Of a stretch of 53,555 nucleotides of DNA, positions 17,892 to 28,900 are shown one piece after another (the stretch's first letter is position 1; every line of letters starts with the position of its first letter). The stretch is from Cyanophyceae cyanobacterium (GTDB taxonomy: Bacteria > Cyanobacteriota > Cyanobacteriia > Cyanobacteriales > JBHJGN01): NCBI GenBank assembly GCA_050331735.1, contig JBHJGN010000061.1, positions 1 through 53,555 of the forward strand. Reading direction: 5' to 3'. The position numbers were made by a program, and so were the translations under genes. The notes beneath the pieces are model-generated. The model worked only from the letters and a program-made list of their open reading frames with translations. It did no database searches and was not told where the DNA came from.

Positions 17892-18311
17892 CTATAATTT
17901 GGGCGTTCCGATTACGGTGCGATCGCTGACTAAGGTCTTCTTCAACAGTTTTCTGTTTAAGGTGCGCGGGCTTGGTTTTTCGGTCAGTGTCGAATGTTCC
18001 TTGTTTTTTTCTAAATCAATCAAAATTTTAATCTGAGGACCGGAACTAGCTAGACGAATAATCATGCCATCTACCGCCGTCATCTGAGTAATGCGTTCGC
18101 CATTGACGAAGGTGCCGTTTGCTCCCATACTCGCGATCTCCCAGGCTGAACCGTTATACTTAATTTCCAGGTGTTGCCGGGAGACAACCGCACTGTAGAG
18201 AACGACATGATTATTGGCTGAACGTCCTACTCGAATAACTGCATCAGGATTGAAAGACCAATGCTGAACCGGAATCGCTTTGAGGGGATGCAGTAGGATG
18301 AGAGTGATCAC
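17892..18311 (-). CDS. FHA domain protein
   Basis: RVGRS, VVSRQH, GANGTFVNG. Confidence 0.88.
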   Translation of the reverse strand: MITLILLHPLKAIPVQHWSFNPDAVIRVGRSANNHVVLYSAVVSRQHLEIKYNGSAWEIASMGANGTFVNGERITQMTAVDGMIIRLASSGPQIKILIDLEKNKEHSTLTEKPSPRTLNRKLLKKTLVSDRTVIGTPKL

Positions 18312-18496
18312 TGGCTTACCTACATATTTCTGCTTGGTGGAGTCGATTCACTCTTTATCTTTAAAAGAGCAAACCCGTTTGCTTAGGCATTCCTAGCATA
18401 CCCAGATTGAGCCAAAGATATTACACAAGCAGGAGAAAAAAGTAGCCAGTCAACGCTTTTAAGCAATTTTTAGCCGACTAGAGCGCTTAAATGACT

Positions 18497-18530
18497 GCCA
18501 GAGAACGATAGCAAACGCTCGTTCTCTGGC
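18497..18530 (-). terminator. 12-bp perfect hairpin downstream of psaK
   Basis: GCCAGAGAACGA-10 nt-TCGTTCTCTGGC. Confidence 0.6.
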
Positions 18531-18566
18531 CGGTAGAAAAGTCTCCTAAATATTGGAGGGACCGAT

Positions 18567-18854
18567 TTAGAAAACGCCGGCGTTCGACAGTCCTAAAATC
18601 ACGCCAGCACCGATTAGATGACCAAAGCTGGCTGTGGCCAGCAGTTCGGGAACGCCAAACTCGTTGCCAAGTCCAGGAAGAGAAAAGGGAAGATTTGGTC
18701 CTTTACCAGGGTTTTGGATGGCAAAGCGACCAATCGCGATCGCTACTAAGTTACAGGCAATCATGACAAAACCAATTTCCCAAGTCCAGTCCTGCGCGCG
18801 GGGAACGGTGGCTTGAACGGCAATAAACAGGGGTGAAGTAATGTTTGTAAACAA
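18567..18854 (-). CDS. psaK: Photosystem I subunit PsaK
   Basis: MIACNLVAIAIGRFAIQ, FGVPELLATASFGHLIGAGVILGL. Confidence 0.93.
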   Translation of the reverse strand: MFTNITSPLFIAVQATVPRAQDWTWEIGFVMIACNLVAIAIGRFAIQNPGKGPNLPFSLPGLGNEFGVPELLATASFGHLIGAGVILGLSNAGVF

Positions 18855-19135
18855 TTTGGCTCCTATCCTATGTATGATTAACGGTGATCAATAACAGGAA
18901 TTATAGGGAGCTTTCCCCCTGGAACTGAACTTTGTTTGAATAATTAACACTGATAGCCGTTTGCACTGGCATGAAGTACCGGATCGCACTCTAGCTTTTG
19001 TTAATGGTTGATGGCTGATGGTCCCCAACTCAGAGCCTGTGTATCCTGCTCATGCAAAAACTGCTATTAGCTCGTCTTTAGTCTTGAGGAAGACGCTAAT
19101 AACCCAGGAAGAGGTTCCGTTATCTCTCAAGGAAG

Positions 19136-19855
19136 CTAAAAAAAGCTCGGCTGATGGCGAATTAAGTTCAAAAACTCTTCGCGGGTTTTTTGCTCGTCTT
19201 GGAAGACGCCGAGCATAGCGCTCGTTACCGTCCAAGAGCCAGGTTTCTGTACGCCCCGCATCACCATACACATATGCGTCGCTTCCATGACAACAGCGAC
19301 TCCCTGGGGGTCTAAAACAGTGGCGATCGCTTCGGCAATTTGACGGGTTAACCGCTCCTGAACCTGAAGGCGACGAGCGTACATCTCGACAATGCGAGCC
19401 AGCTTACTCAAGCCGACCACTTTTTGATTAGGAATATAGGCAACATGAGCTTTGCCCATGAACGGCAGCATGTGGTGTTCGCAAAGGCTAAAAAAGTGAA
19501 TATCCCGCACCAGCACCATTTCGTTGTGCCCTTCATCGAAGATAGCCCCATTCACAAGAGTCTCTAAAGACTGATCGTAGCCTTGAGTGAGAAACTGCAT
19601 CGCCTCTGCAACACGCTTTGGCGTTTTGAGCAATCCTTCTCGTTCTGGATCTTCTCCGACCGCCTCTAGTATCCCCCGCACAGACTCCATGAGCTGTTCC
19701 TGGGCTTGTTCGGCATCAAGAGTGGGACGAACCTGAGCCTGTTGTCCTCTGCTGGTGTTGCGGTCTGGTCTGGGAGAAACTCCTTCTCCAGTGCGATGTC
19801 CATTCTTTAACTCAGATTCAAAGCGGTTATGAGTGTTAGAAGAAGCTATTGTCAT
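19136..19855 (-). CDS. folE: GTP cyclohydrolase I
   Basis: [50 protein letters not shown]; start MTIASS at 19855. Confidence 0.96.
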   Translation of the reverse strand: MTIASSNTHNRFESELKNGHRTGEGVSPRPDRNTSRGQQAQVRPTLDAEQAQEQLMESVRGILEAVGEDPEREGLLKTPKRVAEAMQFLTQGYDQSLETLVNGAIFDEGHNEMVLVRDIHFFSLCEHHMLPFMGKAHVAYIPNQKVVGLSKLARIVEMYARRLQVQERLTRQIAEAIATVLDPQGVAVVMEATHMCMVMRGVQKPGSWTVTSAMLGVFQDEQKTREEFLNLIRHQPSFF

Positions 19856-19904
19856 TGTTTTTTCATTGCGTTCGTTGATTAGTGAAGCCATTAATAAGGC
19901 TCTC

Positions 19905-20630
19905 CTACAAAGCCCCGGCATTGGGCATTAAAGTGAGGTCTTCAACAACGGCTTGCTGGGGCAGCAGGGCTGCATGGAGGATCGTTTGGGCCACCGTCTC
20001 AGGAGAGAGCATCGCTCGGCGGTTAAAATCAGCCTGAACCGTTTCCGTATCCCAGATCGATGTATTCACCGCCCCCGGAGAAATTGTCACGACGCGGATG
20101 CCCTGCTGCCTTTCTTCGGCGGCGAGAATTTTAGAAAAGGCAACGAGGCCTGCTTTGCTGACGCTATACGCTCCCCAGTCCGGAAACGAGTTGTGGGCTG
20201 CAATAGAAGCAACGTTGATGATGGTTCCTCGGGTACGAGCGCGCATGTGGGGTAAAACTCCCAGGACACACTGAAAAACGCTGGTCAGATTGAGATCGAG
20301 AACCCGTTGCCAATCCGCTAAAGCCGTTCTGCTGAGCGGATTTGTATAGCCAATGCCAGCGTTGTTGACCAAAATATCAACAGAGCCAAAATCGGTTACG
20401 ACCGCGGCTAGCTGCTCTTTCACCGATTCCACTTGAGCGAGATCGATTTGATAGGTTTTTGCCTGTACCCCGTGTTCGGCGGCAGCACCTCTGACCGCCT
20501 CTAGCCGCTGCGGAGAGCGTCCAACTAAAGCAACATCAATGCCCGCCTTAGCGAAGATTAGAGCCGTCTCCTTGCCAATACCGCTACTGGCTCCTGTAAT
20601 AATCGCTCGCTGCTCTACAGAAGAAGTCAT
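19905..20630 (-). CDS. SDR family oxidoreductase (accA-SDR-folE arrangement)
   Basis: [17 protein letters not shown] catalytic YxxxK. Confidence 0.92.
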   Translation of the reverse strand: MTSSVEQRAIITGASSGIGKETALIFAKAGIDVALVGRSPQRLEAVRGAAAEHGVQAKTYQIDLAQVESVKEQLAAVVTDFGSVDILVNNAGIGYTNPLSRTALADWQRVLDLNLTSVFQCVLGVLPHMRARTRGTIINVASIAAHNSFPDWGAYSVSKAGLVAFSKILAAEERQQGIRVVTISPGAVNTSIWDTETVQADFNRRAMLSPETVAQTILHAALLPQQAVVEDLTLMPNAGAL

Positions 20631-20932
20631 AAACCGCTCGGATGTTGGGTGCTACGTTCATCGAATAAGGCCGACTTGAGCAGATGTTTACCAAAACTCA
20701 TCAAAATAGCTAGGCTACTCAGCAGTAGCCCGAAGTTAACGGCCAGCAAACTCATGTCACAAATTTTGAATGGAGTCTCGATAATCAGCAATTTTGCCTG
20801 TCTGCCCAACCGTTCGCTCGTTAAGGAAAAACTGAAAAAGTCTTCTTCCAGTTGGGAATAAAAGAGATTCAGCGAACTTGCCTTTGCAATTATAGCACTC
20901 GGGTTGCTCAAAGCCAGGGAAGACCTCTGTCG

Positions 20933-21910
20933 TCAGATGGATTCTTGAAAAATGCCCATACTGCGAAACTTTTGATGGCGCAGTTGACGACGCTGTTCGG
21001 AGCTCATCTGCAAGAGTTCTTTGAGGGTGTTCACCAAAGCTTGCTTGAGAATGGCGGCGGTTCCCAGAGGGTCGGTATGCGCTCCGCCCACCGGTTCCTC
21101 CAGAATCTGGTCAATAATGCCGAGGCTTTTCAAATCTGACGCGGTAATTTTGAGAGCACCGGCGGCTTGTTCGGCTTTCCCCGAGTCTTTCCAGAGAATG
21201 GCCGCGCAGGCTTCTGGAGTAGCAACGGTGTAGACGGCATGTTCAAACATTAAAAGGCGATCGCCCACGCCAATGCCTAAAGCGCCGCCAGAACCACCTT
21301 CGCCAATGACGGTACAGATAATCGGCACGTTTAGGCAGAACATTTGCCGGAGGTTATAGGCGATCGCTTCTCCCTGGCCGAGTTTTTCGGCTTCTACTCC
21401 CGCCCAAGCCCCAGGAGTATCAATAAAGGTAATAATCGGCATCTCAAAGCGGTTAGCGTGCTCCATCAACCGCATCGCCTTGCGATAGCCACTCGGAGAA
21501 GCCATGCCAAAATTACGAGCGACGTTGTCTTTGGTATCTCGACCTTTCTGATGCCCGATAATGACGATCGGTCGTCCTTCCAAACGAGCCACGCCACCAA
21601 CGATGGCCGGGTCGTCGTAGCCGCCGCGATCACCGTGCAGCTCAAACCATTCATCGCTGATGCCCTGGATATAGTCTAGGGTACTCGGTCGGCGAGGATG
21701 GCGAGCCAACTGAAGCAGCTGTGCTGGAGTGAGTGCACTAAAAATTTCTTTGCGCAACTGCACAGCCCTCATTTCTAGCTGAGAAATTTCTCCAGAAACA
21801 TCAACCTGATTCTCCTGAGCGAGTTCTCGAATCTGCTCAATTCGAGACTCTAGCTCCCACAGAGGTTTTTCAAAATCGAGGAGAAAGCTCCGTTGCTCTG
21901 TTTTTGCCAT
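20933..21910 (-). CDS. accA: Acetyl-CoA carboxylase carboxyltransferase alpha subunit
   Basis: [39 protein letters not shown]. Confidence 0.97.
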   Translation of the reverse strand: MAKTEQRSFLLDFEKPLWELESRIEQIRELAQENQVDVSGEISQLEMRAVQLRKEIFSALTPAQLLQLARHPRRPSTLDYIQGISDEWFELHGDRGGYDDPAIVGGVARLEGRPIVIIGHQKGRDTKDNVARNFGMASPSGYRKAMRLMEHANRFEMPIITFIDTPGAWAGVEAEKLGQGEAIAYNLRQMFCLNVPIICTVIGEGGSGGALGIGVGDRLLMFEHAVYTVATPEACAAILWKDSGKAEQAAGALKITASDLKSLGIIDQILEEPVGGAHTDPLGTAAILKQALVNTLKELLQMSSEQRRQLRHQKFRSMGIFQESI

Positions 21911-21955
21911 ATTGCTTTAGCCGTTAACACGAATCCTCCAGAAACCCTTTTCAAT

Positions 21956-22906
21956 CTAGCAGGAATATGCCACGGCTGGCTCGAGCATGACTGTTACCTG
22001 ACTAGGTTGCCGATCGACTGCCTGGTTTAGCGGTATTGCTGTCTCTAAGACAGTGGGTTTCTGACGTAGGCGGAATAAATAGGAGCCATCAGTATGAATG
22101 GCTTGAGCTGTCTGTTCCGATTCTAGCTGACACCAGCTTACCGGCAAACTAGAGCGATCGTAGAGGGTTAAGTAGATATCGTAGGAGCTGAGAAGCTGAG
22201 GATAAACGTTTACCTGCAACGTGTCATTTTTGTGCAGATAACCGTAGAAAAATTTTGTATCAGTTGCTCCGACTGGCAAGTACTCGCGCTTCACCAAGGG
22301 AGCGGGCAGCCAATTCGCCTTCAGCAGCGTGAAAATATAGGTGTGCAGCCCCAGATAAAACCAATTTTTTTTGTCGCTTAAGCTGTGGTAAAACTGATTA
22401 ATCTGAGGGTCAATTTCGCAAGCCGCCGCAACAGTTTGGCCGTCAGCTTTAATAGCGGGTAGCCGAACCGACTGATACCAGCTATAGTACCTTAACCCAA
22501 TCGTGTATTGACCCGGTCTAAGATTGACAGATACCCAGCCGTCCTGAGCGACGTGTTTTGATTCTAAGCTGGCGATCGTCTGATAGCCGGGGAAGCTGTA
22601 AAAAATAGCAATCCAAGACTGAGCCGACTGGTTTGCCGTTTCCCCATCAAGTGAAATCGTTGTTTGCACTCGAAAAGGCCCTAATGTCCCGATAATGGCG
22701 TGAGTATTCCAGCGCGGAGCTTTGGTCATCAAGACGGGAAGACTCAGCGGTTTCTTCAAGGTTTCCTCAGACAATACCTGCCACTGATGGGCTCTTTGCT
22801 GGTTAAAAGCTAAATAAAGAGTATAGACGACACCAATAAAGAATTTCACAACTTTGTTGAACAAAAACGATAACAAAGCCAGAGGAATTTCCCACCAATG
22901 AATCAT
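21956..22906 (-). CDS. Uncharacterised Ols/PKS-associated protein (DUF6208-like)
   Basis: ATG overlaps the ols TGA (ATGA); motifs APRWNTHA and EYLPVG; family name recalled, not searched. Confidence 0.7.
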   Translation of the reverse strand: MIHWWEIPLALLSFLFNKVVKFFIGVVYTLYLAFNQQRAHQWQVLSEETLKKPLSLPVLMTKAPRWNTHAIIGTLGPFRVQTTISLDGETANQSAQSWIAIFYSFPGYQTIASLESKHVAQDGWVSVNLRPGQYTIGLRYYSWYQSVRLPAIKADGQTVAAACEIDPQINQFYHSLSDKKNWFYLGLHTYIFTLLKANWLPAPLVKREYLPVGATDTKFFYGYLHKNDTLQVNVYPQLLSSYDIYLTLYDRSSLPVSWCQLESEQTAQAIHTDGSYLFRLRQKPTVLETAIPLNQAVDRQPSQVTVMLEPAVAYSC

Positions 22907-25900
22907 TGGCCAATCACCTCCGCGATCTCGGTAGGAGCTTCTAACGGCAGATTATGCCCGCCGCGAAGAACGATTTGCTGAGCGTGGGGCATGGCTGAGT
23001 GCTGCTGCTGGAGGTCATCGGTGCGGTTAAAGTTGCTGTTATCTCCATAGATTAACGTGATGGGGGCGCGAATGTTGGCCAGCAGACTCAAATAGCGGGA
23101 GCGACTCATGCCGTTGAAGCCGATGCCGGCGCGGGTTCGGAGTTGAGCCGCCCAGCGCCAGCGGACCCCTCCAGGACAGGGCTCGACGAGGCGATGAGCG
23201 AGTTTCATCGCCGTTGCTTCTGAGAGGGCAGGGGTGGCGAGACGCAATCGCTGAGCAGCGATGGCCACATCTGGAAGAATGGGATGGGCGGGCGGCGATG
23301 CGAGATAATCAAGGTGAGTGGCTAACTGTTCAGCGACTTCCTCCTCAGCTTCTTCGGTCGGCAGAATGGTCTCTACTAAAACTAATTTTTTCACCCGTTG
23401 CGGTCGGCTGCTGGCGAACATTGCCGCCACAACCGAGCCGAAAGAGTGGCCAACGAGAATCAATGGTTGCTCGGTCAACTGAGCCGCGATCGCATCAAGA
23501 TCTCCCAAGAAATCCAACAGGTGATAAGAACCACCCGCTGCCCCGTGGTCGGAACGCCCGTGTCCGCGAAGATCGGGAGCGACAACCCGGTAACCTTGAG
23601 CAGCCAACGGCATGGCGACGGCTTCCCAAGCAGCGCCCTGTTCTAGAATGCCGTGAAGACACAGCACCAGCGGACCTGTTTCGGGCCCCCAAGTACACAG
23701 GCACAGCTTGAGTCCTCTGACGTCGAGAAACACTTCGTGCCCAGTCTGAGTCGGGCTGTCTGCCAGCGGCAGCTCATAGTTAAAGGTAGCCGCCAGCCGA
23801 CGGGTCAGCGGAGACAGCGGCTGTGGCAGGTGAATTGCTTTCCAAGCATCGCCTAAGCGAGCATCGATCTGGCTGTGGGTGAGAAAATTCGGATCGCCGA
23901 CCGACAGCGATTGTTGCTGCACCCCCTCAGTCATGCGGTGCCCTTCATAGGGCTTTAACATAGAGGCCTCAAACGTCACCTCCAGAAATTGACAGAGGTT
24001 CTGCATGACGGCGGTCGGATTGGCCACTAAATCTTCGTACCGCACCAGATAATGGCGCTGTGAGTCGATCGTCGCTAGAAAATCGCCAATATTTTGATGG
24101 CTCTGCCGCCAAATAGATTCGGCAAGCTGATGAGGAGCGTCGGTCTCAGAGCCGATCAGTTTGTCCATTCTCAGGCGGCAGAAAGACTCAATCACCGCGT
24201 AGGGGTGGCGAATCAGGTGAATGTATTTCGCGTGCTCAAACAGCGCTTCGGCTCGGTCGAGAGTCTCTCGATGAAAGGCGTAGGTCGGAGACTTATCGAT
24301 CAGCAGGCGCTCGCCTGCTAGTTCGCTGAGCAGGGCATACACCTGCTCGATCGCGGTATCTTCTTCGCTCAGCCGCCCAACCAATCGTTGGCTGGTGGCG
24401 GCATCGATGCCTTTGAGCTCCATCAAGGCTCGCTGGAGTCCTTCTCCCAAATGAGAAGCAGCCAGGGTTTGCCTTCGTTCTCCCATAGAGTTAAAGGGCA
24501 GCAGGTGGAGTTCGGGGGGAGAGATTAGGTGTTTGTGTCCGGCCAGCATCACTCTCAGCAGAGTGGAGCCGGAACGAGGACTAGAGAGAATCAGGGCGAT
24601 GCCGGGAATTTTCTTTTGAGAGCGAGCCTTAACGGCTTTAGCCCTAAATTTAAAGGCCGCCAGAGTTTCCGGTGGGAGCGCTTCCCGATTGAAGGGCCGC
24701 TCTTCTCCTCCGTGGGTTTTGGCAAATTCAGCAGCAAGATACTTGGCTAAAGCCGCAATTTTGGGCCGCTCGTAGAATTCTCGCGGATACAGCATCAACC
24801 GCAGATCGCGCTTCAGCTCGGCGATCGCTTCCATCACCATAAGCGAATCCATGCCTTTGTCGAGCAGGCTATCGGTGGTCGAGACCGTCGGGATCTGGAG
24901 GATTTGCGCGAGGGAGGTTTGCAGGTAAACACCTAAAAATTCCTCTCGCTGGTCAGCCGGCAACGCTAATAGCTTCTCGAAAACCTGGCTCGGCGGTGGG
25001 GATGAGGATGAATCATCTCTCACCAGTGATTGCCAATCGGAACGTTCTGGGAACTGACGGCTGAGTTCGTTCCAGTCGGCATGAAAGACGCCAACTTGTC
25101 CGGTCTGGGTCAGCAGCCGAGCTAGGGCAGATAACCCTGGCTCGGCTGCAATCGGGTCAATTCCTCTAGCCAGCCGGGTCGAGGCCGCCATTCCGATCTG
25201 CCACGGTCCCCAGTTAATGCTTAGGGCTGGCAACCCTTGATGACAACGGTAGTGCGCGATCGAATCGAGAAAGGCATTAGCAGCGGCGTAATTTCCCTGA
25301 CCAGCCGACCCTAGCAGTGATGCGACCGAAGAAAACAGCACGAAGAAGTCTAGCGGGAGATGACGAGTATGGGCGTGAAGATGCCAAGCTCCCAAAACTT
25401 TCGGCGCTAGAACAGCGGTTAACCGCTCCCAGGACTGATTTTGCAGCAGACCATCATCAATAATTCCGGCGGCGTGAATGATTCCCCGCAAGGGGGGCAT
25501 GACAGCCTCGATTTTGTCCAGCACCCCGGCAACATCCTGCTCAAGGGAGACATCAGCCTGAAGAGATAAAATTCGGGCTCCTGACGCTTCTAAAGACTGA
25601 ATCGTTTGCAGAGCCGAGTTTGTGGGGCGGCTCCGTCCCACCAAAACTAACTGTTTAGCTCCCCAGTGAACGAGCTGCTGGGCAACAGTCAATCCTAAAG
25701 CGCCTAGTCCTCCCGCGATCAGATACGTCTTTTCGGCGGATACGTCCGCCGGAGTGGGTCGAGCCACAGGAGCCTCAACAAGACGGGCTACATAGCGATC
25801 GCCTCTAAAAGCCACCTGCCCTTCTGGGTTGACCGAGAGCATTTCGGTGACTAATTGATGGCTTTCGTCTGGCTCAGCCTGGGGGGCCAAATCGACGATG

Positions 25901-28900
25901 CCTCCCCACAGTTCTGGATGTTCTAGAGCAACGACTTTACTGAATCCCCACAGAGAAGCAGCGGATAAAGACACTTCGCTTCCTTCCACTGATTGCGCTC
26001 CTCTTGTGACCAACCAAAGACGAGACGAAACTGACTGCTTGAGGAGAGCCTGAATCAGATGAAGAATGCTGCCACAGTTGAGGCTTTGGGACTGCTGAAG
26101 CGCCGTTCCGGTTAATGGCTCGACCGTCTTGAGGCTCCACAGATAAACAATGCCGCTCAGTTCCTCCCCCGCTAAGCTTTCTGCCAGCAGACGGTCGAAA
26201 TGGGCCAGACAAGACGGGTCAATCGACCAATAAGATGACTGAGCTGCGTAAGCCTCTCCGGGGTAGACTACCACGCAGCGACCGTACTCAGAGAGCTCTT
26301 GAGCCACCGTTTTGCCGACTCCGTCTCGGTCAGCGAAGATAAGCCACGTCCCGCGAGCGTTTCTCTGCTGCAGGGACCGGGTTGGTGGTTTTAGCTGCCA
26401 CTCAACGTGGTAAGTATCCGGGGCTTTAAGAGTCTCTGGCGGCAGAGATTCAATCCAGTAGCGCTGTCGCTGAAACGGATAGGTTGGCAAGACCACCCGC
26501 CGGCGTTCGTAGTCTTGGTCAAAGCCAAACCAGTCCACTGAAACTCCCCGAACCGAGAGCTGGGCAAGACTCGTCAGCAGTTGCTGCCAGTCTTCTCGAC
26601 CGGGACGGAGGCTAGCGAGCCAGAGGGCGCTCGCGTTGGGAACGCAGTAGCGACCCATGCCTAACAGGATCGGCTTGGGACCGATTTCCAGAAAAATTTG
26701 ATAGTTGTGTTTTTTCAGCAGCTCAATGCTGGAGGAGAAGCGGACAGCTTGACGGACATGGTTGGTCCAGTACTGAGGAGTGGCTATGTCTGCTCCGGCG
26801 AGTTCTCCGGTGGTGTTGGCCACAATATCGATCTGAGGTAGAGCATAGGTAACGCGCCGAGTAGCCTGCTCAAACGGCGCTAGGATGGGGTCCATGAGCG
26901 GTGAGTGAAAAGCATGGGAAACTGGCAGTCGCTTGGTTTTGACGCCTCCTGGCAGAGAAGCTATCGCCTGCTGGACCGCCTGGGTGTCTCCTGAAATGAC
27001 CAGGTGATTCCCGTTGTAGGCAGCAATGGCAATTTCTGGGAAGGGCGCGATCGCCTCGAGCACCTCGGCTTCCCCAGCAAAGATAGCGACCATGGCTCCC
27101 TGTTGGGGCAGCTCCTGCATCAGCCGTCCTCGTTCGGCAATCAGCTTCAGACCATCTTCTAGGCTGAACACGCCTGCGATACAGGCAGCTACGTATTCTC
27201 CAACGCTGTGCCCCATTACCACATTGGGGACGATTCCCCACGACAGCCAGAGCTGCGCGAGGGCATATTCAATGGCAAAGAGGACGGGTTGAGTATAGGC
27301 CGTTTCGTCTAAGAGGTGGGCAGAAGTAGCATAGAGCAGCTCGAGAAGGGGTTTATCTAGGAGCGGCTCCAAAATATCGGCGCAGCGATTGAGGGCCGAG
27401 CGGAACGTTGGCTGGGTCTCGTACAGTTGTTTGCCCATGTCAACGGACTGAGAGCCTTGCCCCGTAAACAGAAAGGCGACTTTGGGGCTTTGAGCCTGTT
27501 CTTGAAATACTCCCCGGACGGCTTTGCCAGCAGCGCAGGCCTGGAGCTGTTCGCTGAGCTGCTGGGTCGATTGTGTGATGATCGCCAGCCGATGCTCAAA
27601 AGAGGTTCGCCCTGTGTTAGCGCTGAAGCAGATGTCGGCCAGCGGAATTTCCGGATGAGACGACAAGTATGCCTGATAAGCTTGGACTAAAGCTGACAGA
27701 GCTGAGGGCGATTTAGCACTCAACGTCAGCACCTGCAGCGGTCGCTCCGGCAGAACTTGGGGTTCTGAGAAGGAAGTCTCCCAGTCTCCAACAATGACGT
27801 GGGCATTGGTTCCGCCAAACCCAAACGAACTCACGCCAGCGTTCCGCGCCCGAGAGCGACTCCAGGGATAAAGCCGGGTGGGAATGGCCAGGGGCGATCG
27901 CAGGTCAATGTGCGGGTTAAGCTGATGAAAGTGGAGGTGGGGAGGAATTTGCTCGTGCTGAAGCGCTAATACCACCTTGATTAATCCGGCAATGCCAGCG
28001 GCAGCTTCTAAATGACCAATGTTAGTTTTCACAGAGCCAATGAAACAGGTCGCATCCGCTGGGCGCTCTGACAGCAACACCTGGGCCAAAGAATTAACTT
28101 CAATGGGATCTCCGAGGGCGGTGCCCGTTCCGTGAGCTTCTATGTAGCTCAAATCTTGAGGCCGCAGACCGGCACTTGCGAGAGCCTGCCGCACAACTGC
28201 CTGTTGAGCGGGACCGTTGGGAGCGGTTAATCCGTTACTGCGCCCGTCTTGATTCACCGCCGAGCCCTTGAGCACTGCTAATACGTTATCTTTGTCGCTG
28301 ATCGCCTGTTCTAGAGGCTTGAGGAGCACCACTCCGCAGCCTTCTCCTCTCACGTATCCATCTGCCTCGGCATCAAAGGTTTTACAGCGTCCATCCGCCG
28401 CCATCATGCCCGCCTGAGCAAAAGCCTGAGTGAGGTCGGCAGAAAGAATCAGATTCACTCCTCCGACGAGCGCTTGGTCGCACTCTCCGTTGCGGAGGCT
28501 TTGGCAGGCTAAATGCACCGCGACCAGAGAAGAGGAACAGGCTGTATCAACCGCCAGGGAGGGACCACGCAGATCGAGGAAATAGGATAGACGATTGGCC
28601 GCGATGCTGGCAGCATTCCCCGTTCCGATATAGGCATCTACTCCGGTTCCTGGAGACTGAAGCCGGGAGTAATCACTGCTGCTGATGCCGACAAATACCC
28701 CAGTACGACTGCCCATAATTCTAGGAGTCATCCCGGCATTTTCTAAGGCTTCCCAGCTAACCTCTAACAGCAGCCTTTGCTGAGGGTCCATCCGCGTTGC
28801 CTCCCGAGGAGAGATGCCAAAAAACTGGGGCTCGAACTGGTCAACGTGGGCGATAAATCCGCCCCACTGAGCACCCTGACGATTCTTGGTGACGGCATCT

